A DNA stretch of 64,000 bases from an uncultured Lentisphaerota bacterium. GTDB lineage: Bacteria; Verrucomicrobiota; Kiritimatiellia; CAIQIC01. The translations under genes and the position numbers were made by a program. Shown here in pieces: positions 27,625-37,707 of the stretch. Below the pieces are notes generated by a model. It was not told where the DNA came from. It saw nothing but the letters and a program-made list of their open reading frames with translations, and did not search any database. The DNA is taken from positions 262 to 64,261 of the forward strand of contig CAIWHP010000191.1 of the NCBI GenBank assembly GCA_903912445.1. The letters run 5' to 3'. The stretch's first letter is position 1. Each line of letters begins with the position of its first letter.

Positions 27625-28959
27625 ATGAACAAGCAGCATTCAGCGCAGAGGGAAGTTTCGCGGCGGATATTTCTCAAGCACACCGCGGCGGCGGCCGCCT
27701 CGCTCGGCTCGCTGACGGCCGGTATCCAGCCGGTCATGGCTGCCGGGAGCGATCGCATCCGCGTCGGGTTGATCGGCTGCGGCAATCGTGGCACCGGCGC
27801 GGCGATGAATTGCGTGCTCTCCTCGCCCGGCGTGGAACTCGTCGCGCTCGGCGATATGTTCCAGGACAAAATCGACAAGGCCCTCGTGGCGCTCAAGGAC
27901 ACCAGCGGCAAAAAGGAATGGAGCTGTTCGACGCCGTGGACCCGCGCCGACGCCATCAAGGTGACGCCGGACACGTGCTTCACCGGCTTCGATGCCTACC
28001 AGAAGGTCATCGCCAGCGGCGTGGACCTGGTCATTCTGGCGACGCCGCCGGCGTTCCGTCCGCTCCACCTCAAGGCGGCGGTGGCGGCTGGCAAACACGC
28101 GTTCATCGAAAAGCCCGTGGCGGTGGACCCGGCAGGCGCACGCTCCATCATGGCCTCCGCGGATGTGGCCAAGGAAAAAGGGCTGGCCATCGTGGCCGGC
28201 ACACAGCGCCGCCATCAGGCGCGCTACATCGAGATGATGAAGCGCGTGCAGCAGGGCGACATCGGCACGCTGCAGGGCGGCGAGTGTTATTGGGTCGGTT
28301 GCTGCGTGCGCCGGTGGGGCTTCTTCGCGCCGCGCCAGCCGCAGTGGAGCGACCTCGAATGGCAACTGCGCAACTGGTACTTCTTCACCTGGCTCTCCGG
28401 CGATCATGTCGTGGAGCAGCACGTGCACAACATCGATGTCCTCAACTGGGCCTTGGGGGCGCACCCGACCGATGCGTTGGGCATGGGTGGCCGGCAGTGG
28501 CGGACGCAACCGGAGTTCGGAAACATCTGGGACCACTTCGCGGTGCGCTATCGCTATCCGAACGGCGCGACGGTTTTGAGCATGTGCCGCCAGAACGACA
28601 ATTGCTACGAGACCGTCACCGAGACCATCACCGGCACCAAGGGCAAGGCGTTTGCCGGGCGGATTGAGGGCGCGCAGCCGTGGAAGTTCGCCGGCGACGA
28701 GCGCAGCGCTTACGAGCAGGAGCACGCGGATCTCATCGCCAGCATCCGCGCAGGCCGGCCGCTCAACGAGGGCCGGCAGGTGGCGGAGAGTACGCTCGCG
28801 GCGATCATGGGCCGCATGAGCGCCTACACCGGTCAGATCGTCCAGTGGGATTGGGTCCTGAACAAATCGCAGCTCGACCTCTGGCCGAAGGAAGACCTCA
28901 AGCTCGGCCCCTATCCCGTGCCGCCCGTGGCCGTGCCCGGCGTGACGCAACTTCTCTGA
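27625..28959 (+). CDS. Gfo/Idh/MocA-family NAD(P)-dependent oxidoreductase with a Tat signal
   Basis: 'RRIFLKHTAAAAASLG' twin-arginine signal; 'RVGLIGCGNRGTGA' Rossmann GxGxxG; 'EKP' motif (AFIEKPVAV) typical of the family. Confidence 0.85.
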   Translation: MNKQHSAQREVSRRIFLKHTAAAAASLGSLTAGIQPVMAAGSDRIRVGLIGCGNRGTGAAMNCVLSSPGVELVALGDMFQDKIDKALVALKDTSGKKEWSCSTPWTRADAIKVTPDTCFTGFDAYQKVIASGVDLVILATPPAFRPLHLKAAVAAGKHAFIEKPVAVDPAGARSIMASADVAKEKGLAIVAGTQRRHQARYIEMMKRVQQGDIGTLQGGECYWVGCCVRRWGFFAPRQPQWSDLEWQLRNWYFFTWLSGDHVVEQHVHNIDVLNWALGAHPTDALGMGGRQWRTQPEFGNIWDHFAVRYRYPNGATVLSMCRQNDNCYETVTETITGTKGKAFAGRIEGAQPWKFAGDERSAYEQEHADLIASIRAGRPLNEGRQVAESTLAAIMGRMSAYTGQIVQWDWVLNKSQLDLWPKEDLKLGPYPVPPVAVPGVTQLL

Positions 28960-28977
28960 CAAACCCGGAGCGCCAAC

Positions 28978-31134
28978 ATGCCACCAGCCATGCTCAATCG
29001 TCGCGGTTTTTTGAAATGCTCCGCCGCACTGGCCGTGGCGGCGGAATGTGCGGTCGCCAAAACGCCAACGTCACCGGGGTTGGTTGCGAAGGTGGTGCGG
29101 GTGGGCGGTGTGTTGAAGATCGCGATCAACGGCCAGGTCTTCGATCCGCTGGCGTACCGCTCCTATCGGCCCACGCCCGAACTGGTGCGGGGCTTTCACG
29201 GCACCGGGCTGAAGCTGGCCAATGTCACCCATACCGGCATGCTCTGCACGCTCGATGTGCCGTACTCGCTCTTCGGCGAGGTCTGGACCGGCCCGGAGCT
29301 GTTCGACTGGAAAGCGTTCGACGCACAGATGGAGATGTTCGAAGCGAACGCGCCGGGCGCCTACTACAACATCGCGCTGCAGCTCGACACGCGCGACTGG
29401 GCGCTGCAGGCGCATCCGGATTGGTCGAACTGCTATTGGAACCTCGTCGAAATGGCGGGGCATGAGCCGTGGCGAACCGAAACTGCGAAGTCGCTACAGG
29501 AGTTCCTGCGACAGGTCGAGGCGCGCTATGGCGACCGCGTCTTCGCCTACAGCCTGCTGTGCGGCAGCTCGACCGAGTGGTACACCAACTCGCAAGGCCG
29601 TGGCCGGCCGGAGGCGGCGATCCGGGAACATCCGATCAAGACGGCGTGTTTCCGCCAGTTCACCGGCGACCCGACGGCGACGATGCCGCCGCTGGAGGAA
29701 CTGCAGCGCACATCGCACGGCGTGTTGCGCGATCCCGTTGCCGACGCGGCGGCGCTGCGCTACTGGCGCTTCCACCACGAGGTCATCGGCGACGCGATCG
29801 TGTACTTCTGCCGCAAGGCGCAGGAGGTCCTGGAGCACCGCAAACTGCTCGGCCTCTTCTACGGATATCTGACGCAGCTCAACAGCTCGCGGCTGCTGCA
29901 GGAGGGGCATCTGGGCTACGAGCGGGTCTGGCGCTGCCCCGACCTGGACATGATCTACGCACCGGCCAAATACGGCGCGCCGCGCAGTTTCGCGGGCGCC
30001 AGCGGCTACCTGCTGACGGTTGACTCACTCGATCTGCGCGACAAGCTGGTCTTCCATGAGGTGGACCACACCACCCACATCGCGCGCGGCACGGTGGAAA
30101 ACGGGCGGGAGATTCCGGGCTCGGGCACGAAGCTCCGGAACGCCTTCGAGACCCGGCAGGTGCTGCGCCGTGAATTCGCCCTGACGCGCACCAAGCGCAC
30201 CGCGCTGTGGTGGTTCGACTTCCTCGGCGGCAATTACGCCAGCGCGGAGACGATGGCCATGGTCGCCGAGTCGGCCCGCGCGCAGCGGCGCCTGGCCGAT
30301 GTCGAGATGCGCTCGGTGGCGCAGATCGCCGTGTTCGGCGACGTCCAGTCCATGTACCATGTGAACGCGCGCTCCAGTCTCGCCGACGATCTGCTGGTGC
30401 AACCGCCCGACGCGCTCGCCCGCATCGGCGCCCCGCACGACATCTACAACTTCTCCGACCTCGACCATCCCCAGCTTCCGTTCGCGCAATACAAACTGCT
30501 CATCTTCCTCAACGCCTTTTGCATCCCGCACCACAAACGCGAGTTCATCCGCGCGGAACTGCAAACCGGCAACCGGACCCTGCTCTGGCTGTACGCACCG
30601 GACTACATCCGGAAGGACGGCTTCTCGGTCGAAGGTATCTCCGGGATCACCGGCATCACCGTGGTCGCTCGCAAGGGCGACGACAGCCTGGTGCAATCCG
30701 GCAACGAGCGTTTCGGTTTCAGCAAAAAGGTTATGCCGCTGTTCGAGGTTCGCGACAAAGACGCACAAATCCTCGGCACCTACGTTTCCAACGCCGCCCC
30801 CGCGCTCGCCCGCAAGAAATTCGCCCAGCACACCGCCGTGTACAGCGCCGTCGGCAACCTGCCCTCCGCGATCTACCGCGAGATCGCGCGCGCCGCCGGG
30901 GTTCACATCTACTACGAGGGGCCCGATCCGACCTACATCAACAGCCGCCTGTTCGGCATCCACATGCAGGGCGACACAGCGCCGACGCTCACGCTTCCGC
31001 ACAACACCGCCGCGCGACTGGAAGAACTCTTCGACGGCGGCGAAGTCCGCGCCGAGCAAGGCCGCGTGCAACTCCCGAGTGCCCCCGGCGCGACCAAGCT
31101 CTATCTCCTCACCAAGGGAGACATGGAACCATGA
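28978..31134 (+). CDS. Tat-secreted putative glycoside hydrolase (GH42-like/beta-galactosidase-like; assignment tentative)
   Basis: 'MLNRRGFLKCSAALAVAA' Tat signal; 718 aa with TIM-barrel-like and trimerisation-like regions. The family call is weak. Confidence 0.45.
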   Translation: MPPAMLNRRGFLKCSAALAVAAECAVAKTPTSPGLVAKVVRVGGVLKIAINGQVFDPLAYRSYRPTPELVRGFHGTGLKLANVTHTGMLCTLDVPYSLFGEVWTGPELFDWKAFDAQMEMFEANAPGAYYNIALQLDTRDWALQAHPDWSNCYWNLVEMAGHEPWRTETAKSLQEFLRQVEARYGDRVFAYSLLCGSSTEWYTNSQGRGRPEAAIREHPIKTACFRQFTGDPTATMPPLEELQRTSHGVLRDPVADAAALRYWRFHHEVIGDAIVYFCRKAQEVLEHRKLLGLFYGYLTQLNSSRLLQEGHLGYERVWRCPDLDMIYAPAKYGAPRSFAGASGYLLTVDSLDLRDKLVFHEVDHTTHIARGTVENGREIPGSGTKLRNAFETRQVLRREFALTRTKRTALWWFDFLGGNYASAETMAMVAESARAQRRLADVEMRSVAQIAVFGDVQSMYHVNARSSLADDLLVQPPDALARIGAPHDIYNFSDLDHPQLPFAQYKLLIFLNAFCIPHHKREFIRAELQTGNRTLLWLYAPDYIRKDGFSVEGISGITGITVVARKGDDSLVQSGNERFGFSKKVMPLFEVRDKDAQILGTYVSNAAPALARKKFAQHTAVYSAVGNLPSAIYREIARAAGVHIYYEGPDPTYINSRLFGIHMQGDTAPTLTLPHNTAARLEELFDGGEVRAEQGRVQLPSAPGATKLYLLTKGDMEP

Positions 31135-32591
31135 ACACCACCATTGCCCGCAGCCTCGTGAGTGCGCTGGCGCTCGGCGCTTTGGGGACTGTTTCCAGCG
31201 AGGCGGCGCTGGCGATTCCTGCGGCGCCCGAGGGGGCGCCGGTTTCGAGTGCGCGGTATGGCGTGCGCTTGCGTGAACCCGGCGGAGCGTGGAAAGCGGC
31301 TCCTGTCTACGCGTTCTTCCAACAACATGAGTACAACAGGGCGCTGACGACGGAGTCCCAGTTCGTCACCTTTGAAGCGAGCGGCACGGTCGAGGTCGAG
31401 GTGCAGGTGACCGGCGCGGCCAAGACGCCCGTGTTGCGTCCGCTCCGCCACGGTCTCGCTCTCAAGCAGGACGGGGCGACGCTGCACTTCACGATGAGCG
31501 ACGCGACGCGCCAGCTTTGTCTCGAACTCAACGACGATCCGCGTCATCCGCTGCTGCTCTTCTCCAATCCACCCGAGACCGATGTGCCGAAGGCGGGCGA
31601 CAAACGCGTTACCTATTTCGGTCCCGGCTATCACAAGGTCAAACCGATCGAGCGGCCCGGTTATTTCGCGTGGGCCAAAGGCATGACGATCTATCTCGCG
31701 CCGGGTGCGGTGGTGGAAAGTTCGCTGTCGGTGATGCAAAACGAAGGTGTGACGATTCGCGGGCGCGGCATTTTATTCACGCCGCACGGCGAGGGTAAGA
31801 AGGCCGGCAACGTTCCGCTGACGATCAAGGAATCGAAAAATGTCCGCGTCGAGGGCATCGTGGTGGTCAGTCGCGCCGACCAATGGAGCGTTCACACCGT
31901 CACCAGCCGGGGCGTCACGTTTGAGAACTTTCATCTCCTCTCCGAGATTCGCGACGGCCTCGACATCATCAACTCGCAGGACGTGATTGTGCGCGACAGC
32001 TTCATCATGGCGCATGACGACGCGCTCTGCCTTAAAGGCATGTGGTTTGGCAAGAACCAGCCGGTGGAGCACGTGCTCGCCGAGCGTTGCATCGTGGCGA
32101 ACATGGGCGGCGGCAACGGCATCGAACTCGGTTTCGAGGCCAACGCACCGGTTTTCCAGCACAGCGTGTTTCGCGACATCGATCTGCTCTACAGCCTGCC
32201 GAATGGCGAGAAGCCCGATCCCGCGTGGCCCGAAGGCGCGTTGACCTGCCACATCCACCACACCCAAGGCGGCGTCGCGGCCAGCGTGCGCGATGTGCTC
32301 TTTGATGACATCCGGGTTGAGGAATTGCAGGACGATTTTCTGATCGATCTCCAGCCCCTCGGCGGCGCCACGAACGCGGTTGTTGACGGTGTGACGTTTC
32401 GCAACATCCGCCAACTCGGCGGCGCGCGCCGCCCCTCGCGGGTCGCAGGCCGCAAGGATTTCCCCGTGAAGAATGTCACCATCGAGAACTTGCACATCCT
32501 CGGGCAGACGGTGAGCAACGCAGCCGCCGGTAACGTTTCCACCAACGAGTTTGTCGCCGGCGTTGAATTCAAAAGCACGCGCGAAAAATAA
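31131..32591 (+). CDS. Secreted right-handed beta-helix glycoside hydrolase (GH28/pectin-lyase-fold-like)
   Basis: Signal 'MNTTIARSLVSALALGALG'. 'IVRDSFIMAHDDALCLKG' is a beta-helix motif (DD..C..K) like the GH28 catalytic region, with repetitive beta-strand periodicity. It overlaps the upstream stop (ATGA). Confidence 0.55.
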   Translation: MNTTIARSLVSALALGALGTVSSEAALAIPAAPEGAPVSSARYGVRLREPGGAWKAAPVYAFFQQHEYNRALTTESQFVTFEASGTVEVEVQVTGAAKTPVLRPLRHGLALKQDGATLHFTMSDATRQLCLELNDDPRHPLLLFSNPPETDVPKAGDKRVTYFGPGYHKVKPIERPGYFAWAKGMTIYLAPGAVVESSLSVMQNEGVTIRGRGILFTPHGEGKKAGNVPLTIKESKNVRVEGIVVVSRADQWSVHTVTSRGVTFENFHLLSEIRDGLDIINSQDVIVRDSFIMAHDDALCLKGMWFGKNQPVEHVLAERCIVANMGGGNGIELGFEANAPVFQHSVFRDIDLLYSLPNGEKPDPAWPEGALTCHIHHTQGGVAASVRDVLFDDIRVEELQDDFLIDLQPLGGATNAVVDGVTFRNIRQLGGARRPSRVAGRKDFPVKNVTIENLHILGQTVSNAAAGNVSTNEFVAGVEFKSTREK

Positions 32592-32592
32592 T

Positions 32593-34167
32593 ATGAGCAA
32601 CGGCAACCACACTCTGAACGCCAGTATCACCCGTAGCATCGTGAGCGCGCTGGCGCTCGGTGCTTTCACGACGCTGGCGCAACAGACTAATTCGTCGCCC
32701 GGCGCGATCCACATCACCGAGCGCGTGCTCACCGAGTTCAAAGGCTGGGGTATTGTGCCTGCGTGGTATGACCGCGCGCCAGCATTGTATGGCACCGGCA
32801 AACCGGCCGCGGGCGAAGGTTCATGGCTGCCGAAGGCTGGCGCGGAACCTCTGCTGGTGCATCGCATGCTCGGTGGCATCGGGTTCGACTATTTCCGCCT
32901 GCCGGTCTCGCCGCTGACCAGTGTGCGCGAGGGCGCGCTCGATGAGGCGCGCCTCCAGGATTTGCGCGACAACCTCACCATCCTGCAAAAAGTTTCACTG
33001 CAAGCGCGCTATATCCTGACGGTGTGGTCGCCGCCGGCCTACATGAAACTGCCTGACCATGTCCGCTGGGGCAAACAGGAAGACCGTCTGCAGTATCTCG
33101 ATCCGACCTTCGCCGACGGGCACGGTTGGGACTTCGCTGACTTCTTCGTGGACATTGCAAAACATCTCCGCGCACACGGCTTTCCCGCGCCGGCGGCGAT
33201 CGTTCCGCAAAACGAGCCCGGCACCGCGCGCACCTACGATTCCTGCTTGTGGACCAAGACCGCAGAACAGCAGCAGGCCTGGCGCAACACCGCAAAGTTG
33301 CTGCGCACCAAACTCGATGCCGCTGGTTTCAAGGACACGCTCGTGCTCGGACCCGATACCGAAGGCTCGCACACACAGGCCATCACGACGCTGCTCGGCG
33401 ACTTCTCCAACGGCAAGTTCTCGGTGCTCGAACAGGATTCCGCGCTACGCGAGGCACTCGGCGGTTTCAGCTTCCATCAATACAGCACCAGCGAACGCAT
33501 CGACTCGTTCCGCACGGCGCTGCACGCCTATCCGGGCAAGGACGTGTGGATGACCGAATACTCCAAGTGGCTCGGCATCCGTGGCGAACTGCGCGAGAAA
33601 AGCAGCAACTTCGAACTCGATAGCGCGCTCGACACCGTGCGACGCATGGGCAGCGACTTCGTCGATTTCCGCGTCACTCGCTGGTTCTTCTGGCGCGGCT
33701 GGCACGTCAGCAGCGCCGCCGACGATGAGCACCTGCTCTACGGCCCGAAGGAGCGCCCGCAAATGACCAAACTCGGCCGGTTCTTCGGACAACTCTGCCA
33801 CGCTGTGCGCCCCGGCTGGCGCGTCAAGGCGACGACCAGCACCGTGCCGGACCTGCGTGCCGATAACGAGCCAATCATCGCCAAACACAAATCGAGCGGC
33901 AACATGATGAGCGTGCCGGTGGATGTGATTGCCTTTGAAAACGCCGACGGCACAGCAAGCTGCGTTGTGCTCGCAAACTGGAAATCCATGCCGCGCACGG
34001 TCTCCTTGCTGACGGGACTCAAAGGCGCGCGCGCCACACCCTTCGTTACCGACAAAACTCGCGACATGACCGCAGGGTCTGCATGCACCATCACCAACGG
34101 CAAACTCGATGGTGACGACCTGATGTTGCCACCGCACAGTATCACCCTGCTCGTCGCTTCGCCGTAA
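32593..34167 (+). CDS. Glycoside hydrolase family 30-like protein
   Basis: Signal 'SITRSIVSALALGAF'. 'TVWSPPAYMK' matches the GH30 hallmark (SPWSPPAWMK). The TIM barrel is followed by a beta-sandwich C-terminal region. Confidence 0.65.
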   Translation: MSNGNHTLNASITRSIVSALALGAFTTLAQQTNSSPGAIHITERVLTEFKGWGIVPAWYDRAPALYGTGKPAAGEGSWLPKAGAEPLLVHRMLGGIGFDYFRLPVSPLTSVREGALDEARLQDLRDNLTILQKVSLQARYILTVWSPPAYMKLPDHVRWGKQEDRLQYLDPTFADGHGWDFADFFVDIAKHLRAHGFPAPAAIVPQNEPGTARTYDSCLWTKTAEQQQAWRNTAKLLRTKLDAAGFKDTLVLGPDTEGSHTQAITTLLGDFSNGKFSVLEQDSALREALGGFSFHQYSTSERIDSFRTALHAYPGKDVWMTEYSKWLGIRGELREKSSNFELDSALDTVRRMGSDFVDFRVTRWFFWRGWHVSSAADDEHLLYGPKERPQMTKLGRFFGQLCHAVRPGWRVKATTSTVPDLRADNEPIIAKHKSSGNMMSVPVDVIAFENADGTASCVVLANWKSMPRTVSLLTGLKGARATPFVTDKTRDMTAGSACTITNGKLDGDDLMLPPHSITLLVASP

Positions 34168-34247
34168 ACGCACCAATAAGCGCAATACCAATTCTAGTGA
34201 TTGAAAATAGCGACACCATGAAGATGACCCAAAAAGAAAATTAAAAG

Positions 34248-36770
34248 ATGCACTCAACCATCACCCGCAGCCTCCTAAGCGCGTTGGCGCTCGGCTATGC
34301 CACCAAGTTGCCGGTGCGGGCGCAGGATACAACTCAACCCATCCAAGTCTCCGGCATCTACCCGCACCTCACGGTCTTCAACTCCGATCCGAAGCGCGAA
34401 AAGCCGGAGCCGGAGTGCGGGCTCGGCGCGGTGGTGCCATGGGCGGGGAAGCTGTGGAGCACGACGTACACGTCTCATGCGCTCGGTCGCGGCAACGACA
34501 AGCTCTTCGCCATCCTGCCGGACCTGTCGCTGGAGATTCGCCCGGAGAGTGTGGGCGGGACGAGCGCCTGCCGGATGCTTCATCGCGAGTCGAAGCAGTT
34601 GTTCATCGCTTCGTATGCGATTGATGAGGCGGGCAAGGTGCGCGTCATCCCGCGCGACAAGTTGCCCGGACGTCTCACCGCTTTGGCGCGGCATCTCACC
34701 GATCCGGCGAACAAGGTGCTCTACCTGACGCAGGAGGGCGCGGTGTATGAGGTGGACGTGCATTCGCTCGCGGTGACGGAGCTTTTCAAGAAGCCGCTGC
34801 CCGGCTGGCACTACAAAGGCGCGTGGACCGCACAGGGCCGTTTTATTGTCGCGGCGAATGGCGAGGAACCGGCCCCCTCGCCGTTTTGGAAAGTGGACTA
34901 CACCAGCGCGGCAACGAGGTTCGAGACGGAGAAGCTGACTTGGCAGTATCTGCAAACGCCGTATCAGCCGCTCGCGAAGCCGCGCAGCACCGGGCAGACG
35001 ATGTGGAAGGGCATCAGCGAAGACATCGGCAATCTCGGCGAATGGGACGGCACAACATGGCGCATTCTCTCGCGGCGACAACATCTCGACATCACCGGTC
35101 CCGGTGGACTCACCGGCGCGACCAGCGCTGACGAACCGGTCTGGGCGCTCGGTTGGGACTTGCGCTCTGCCTTCGTCAAAGTGCGCGAGAAGTCCGGTAC
35201 GTGGACGACCTATCGCCTGCCCAAAGCGAGTTACAGCGCCGATGGCGTGCATGGCTCGAATACCGAATGGCCGCGCATTTGCGAGGTCGGCGACGGTCCG
35301 CGACTCATGTTCTTACACAACGGTCTCTACGAATTCCCAGCCGACTTTCGCAATGGTCACAGCGCCGGGTTGCGACACCTTGCTTCCACACTCGTCACCG
35401 TCACTGACATGACAAAATGGAAGGGCAAACTCGTCTTTAGCCAGCAGGCAACTTCGGTTCACGGCATTCCCGCGCTGGTTCCCGGTCAGCCGCATTCGAA
35501 TATCCAGTTTTTGCAACGCGAAGAGCTTCCGACCTGGGGGCCTGCCGAAGCTCGCGGCGGCGTGTGGGTGGAAGATGTGGTGCAAGCCAACACGCCCAGC
35601 GATGCCATCCTCATCGGTGGCTATGAGCAGCGCTGCCTGCATCTCGCGAACAGCAGCGACAGCGCCGTGACCTTCGCCCTCGAAGTTGACGCGGACGGCA
35701 GCGGCCTGTGGAAGGCGATAATGACCCGCAAGTTATCGGCGAAGGGCTACGCACCGGTCATCGTGCCCGCGGATCTCAAGGCCCAGTGGCTGCGCGTGAA
35801 GACCGATGCCGGCTGCATCGCCACCGCTTTTCTGCACGTCTCATCGCCACGCCAATCATCGCCCGACGAAGCCTGCATCTTCAACGGCCTCGCCACCACC
35901 TCGGAATCCGCGACGAGCATCAGCGGCATCGTGCGCGCCGGTTTCCCCACCACGAACCTGCAATTTCTGACCCGCGATGGCCGCTACTTCGAGGTCGACG
36001 AAAAGCTCAACTTCCACGCCACCGCCGCACCGGACGCAGTCGCTAAGCTGCAAGACACGCACGCGCTGAAGAACGGGTTCACCGAAGACGCCGCATCGAT
36101 CATCGTTACGCGCTACGATGGGCAGCGTTTCCGTTTGCCGAAAGGCGATGCCGCATTGAGTAGCGCCCCTGCCTCGCGCGGCGTGCGCGAATGCATCCAA
36201 GAGCGTTACCTCGCCAACTTCCACGGCACCTTCTACGAAGTCCCACGAGGTGGCACCTCTCCGAGCGGCCAGCGGAACATGCCCGACTACCAGCGCATGA
36301 AGCCCGTCGCCACGCACAACAAACCTATCGCCGACTTTTGCACCTGGCGCGGAATGCTCGTGTTGAGTGGTGTGAAACCTAACGCCAGCACCGACGGCCA
36401 CATCTTCGGCAGCGCCGACGCCAAGCTCTGGTTCGGCGCCATTGATGACCTCTGGAAACTCGGCAAGCCCCGCGGCCACGGCGGTCCGTGGAAGGACACC
36501 GCCGTGAAAGCCGGCACGCCCAGCGACGCCTACCTCATGACCGGCTACGACAAGAAGACGCTCACCCTTTCGCATGATGCCAAACAACCCGTCGAGTTCA
36601 CCGTCATGGTGGACTTCTACGCCGACGGCCAGTGGCACGACTACCAGCGCCTCACCATCGAACCCGGCAAGCCGCTCACGCACGAGTTCCCCGCCGGCTT
36701 CACCGCGCACTGGGTGCGCGTGAAACTGAGCGCTGCTTGTCGGGCTAGCGCGCAACTGGATTACCGATAA
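34248..36770 (+). CDS. Large secreted hypothetical protein (840 aa), same signal-peptide family as the two preceding genes
   Basis: Signal 'MHSTITRSLLSALALGYA'. The long ORF has coding-like composition; no recognisable catalytic motif. Confidence 0.5.
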   Translation: MHSTITRSLLSALALGYATKLPVRAQDTTQPIQVSGIYPHLTVFNSDPKREKPEPECGLGAVVPWAGKLWSTTYTSHALGRGNDKLFAILPDLSLEIRPESVGGTSACRMLHRESKQLFIASYAIDEAGKVRVIPRDKLPGRLTALARHLTDPANKVLYLTQEGAVYEVDVHSLAVTELFKKPLPGWHYKGAWTAQGRFIVAANGEEPAPSPFWKVDYTSAATRFETEKLTWQYLQTPYQPLAKPRSTGQTMWKGISEDIGNLGEWDGTTWRILSRRQHLDITGPGGLTGATSADEPVWALGWDLRSAFVKVREKSGTWTTYRLPKASYSADGVHGSNTEWPRICEVGDGPRLMFLHNGLYEFPADFRNGHSAGLRHLASTLVTVTDMTKWKGKLVFSQQATSVHGIPALVPGQPHSNIQFLQREELPTWGPAEARGGVWVEDVVQANTPSDAILIGGYEQRCLHLANSSDSAVTFALEVDADGSGLWKAIMTRKLSAKGYAPVIVPADLKAQWLRVKTDAGCIATAFLHVSSPRQSSPDEACIFNGLATTSESATSISGIVRAGFPTTNLQFLTRDGRYFEVDEKLNFHATAAPDAVAKLQDTHALKNGFTEDAASIIVTRYDGQRFRLPKGDAALSSAPASRGVRECIQERYLANFHGTFYEVPRGGTSPSGQRNMPDYQRMKPVATHNKPIADFCTWRGMLVLSGVKPNASTDGHIFGSADAKLWFGAIDDLWKLGKPRGHGGPWKDTAVKAGTPSDAYLMTGYDKKTLTLSHDAKQPVEFTVMVDFYADGQWHDYQRLTIEPGKPLTHEFPAGFTAHWVRVKLSAACRASAQLDYR

Positions 36771-36803
36771 AAATGCCCAGCGCAAAACAACCGGAGAAAC
36801 AAC

Positions 36804-36930
36804 ATGCTGAGAATTGAAAGCCTGACCAAGGTGTTTCTCACCGACGCGGTGGAAACGACGGCGTTGGACCGCGTGGATTTCGCGGTGAAGCAGGGCGGGT
36901 TCATCGCCAGCATAGAGCCGTCAGGTTGCA
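36804..36930 (+). pseudogene. 5' fragment of an ABC-transporter ATP-binding gene (LolD/MacB-like N-terminus), truncated within the Walker A motif
   Basis: 'MLRIESLTKVFLTDAVETTALDRVDFAVKQGGFIASIEPSGC' matches the first ~42 residues of ABC ATPases up to 'PSGCGKST'. Similarity then stops abruptly (..PSGCRTWLRRM) and the sequence turns AT-rich. Confidence 0.55.
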
Positions 36931-36968
36931 GGACATGGCTTCGCCGGATGGTGCGGAAAATATTACAT

Positions 36969-37418
36969 ATGAATATTCAACGTCAACCGCTGGTGGAACA
37001 ACAGCGCCCCCTTGGCGGCTCCGCCCGAGCGGTTTCTCCTGCCGTAGGCTGTCTCGTGGCCGTCATCGTGGCGATGAGCGCTAACACGTTCGCCGGTCAA
37101 GGCGCTCCCGTGTTGGCAAAGGCTGAAAAATCTGCCGACGAGGGCAAGGTCGGCGGTCCACGCAACTCGACGATCACTGGCGAGATAATCGCTGTGGACA
37201 CGAAAGGGAAGACCCTGACAGTCAAGCGAGGAAATAAGGACACCAAGATCTTCAAGGCGGCAGCCGCCCGGATCAAAACCCATGACAAACTGGAGGCAAC
37301 CCTCGCTGCCGTGCAAGCGGGTGATAAGGTGCTCGTCGCATGCGACGAGAAGAGCGGCGCGACGTTGATCAAATGTATTGGCCCGGCTGGGACCCGGGCA
37401 CCGGAGAAGAACAAATAG
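36969..37418 (+). CDS. Small secreted hypothetical protein
   Basis: MNIQRQ... with hydrophobic segment AVGCLVAVIVAMSANTFA; Lys-rich body; 149 aa; lower GC than the window average. Confidence 0.4.
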   Translation: MNIQRQPLVEQQRPLGGSARAVSPAVGCLVAVIVAMSANTFAGQGAPVLAKAEKSADEGKVGGPRNSTITGEIIAVDTKGKTLTVKRGNKDTKIFKAAAARIKTHDKLEATLAAVQAGDKVLVACDEKSGATLIKCIGPAGTRAPEKNK

Positions 37419-37707
37419 GCGGAGATGATGCTCCGCTGCACCGAAGCAACAACAATGAAAATTCACGACAGCATTGCCGTTCAACCCCGGTGATTCACAC
37501 CAATGTACCCAGCCCTCATCCCCATCATTTTGAGCGCACTGGCGCTCGCCGCCGCGGGCGCACGGCCTCGCTTTTTCATGGCGCAATGAGCCGGAGCGCG
37601 TCCTTCCGTTCGTTGCCTGCCGGGCGACCGCCGTATCCGCGCGCGCGCTGGAAGCCTTGTCTCGAAACAGGGTTTGCCTTGGCGAGGTGGCGCGTTAAAA
37701 TGCGCGC

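Noticed and set aside
37640-37700. Possible degenerate palindrome copy (ctggaagccttg) and GCGCGTTAAAATGCGCGCG near 37690
   Set aside because: The half-sites do not match the 7-3-7 consensus, and the second sequence is not a true palindrome on checking.
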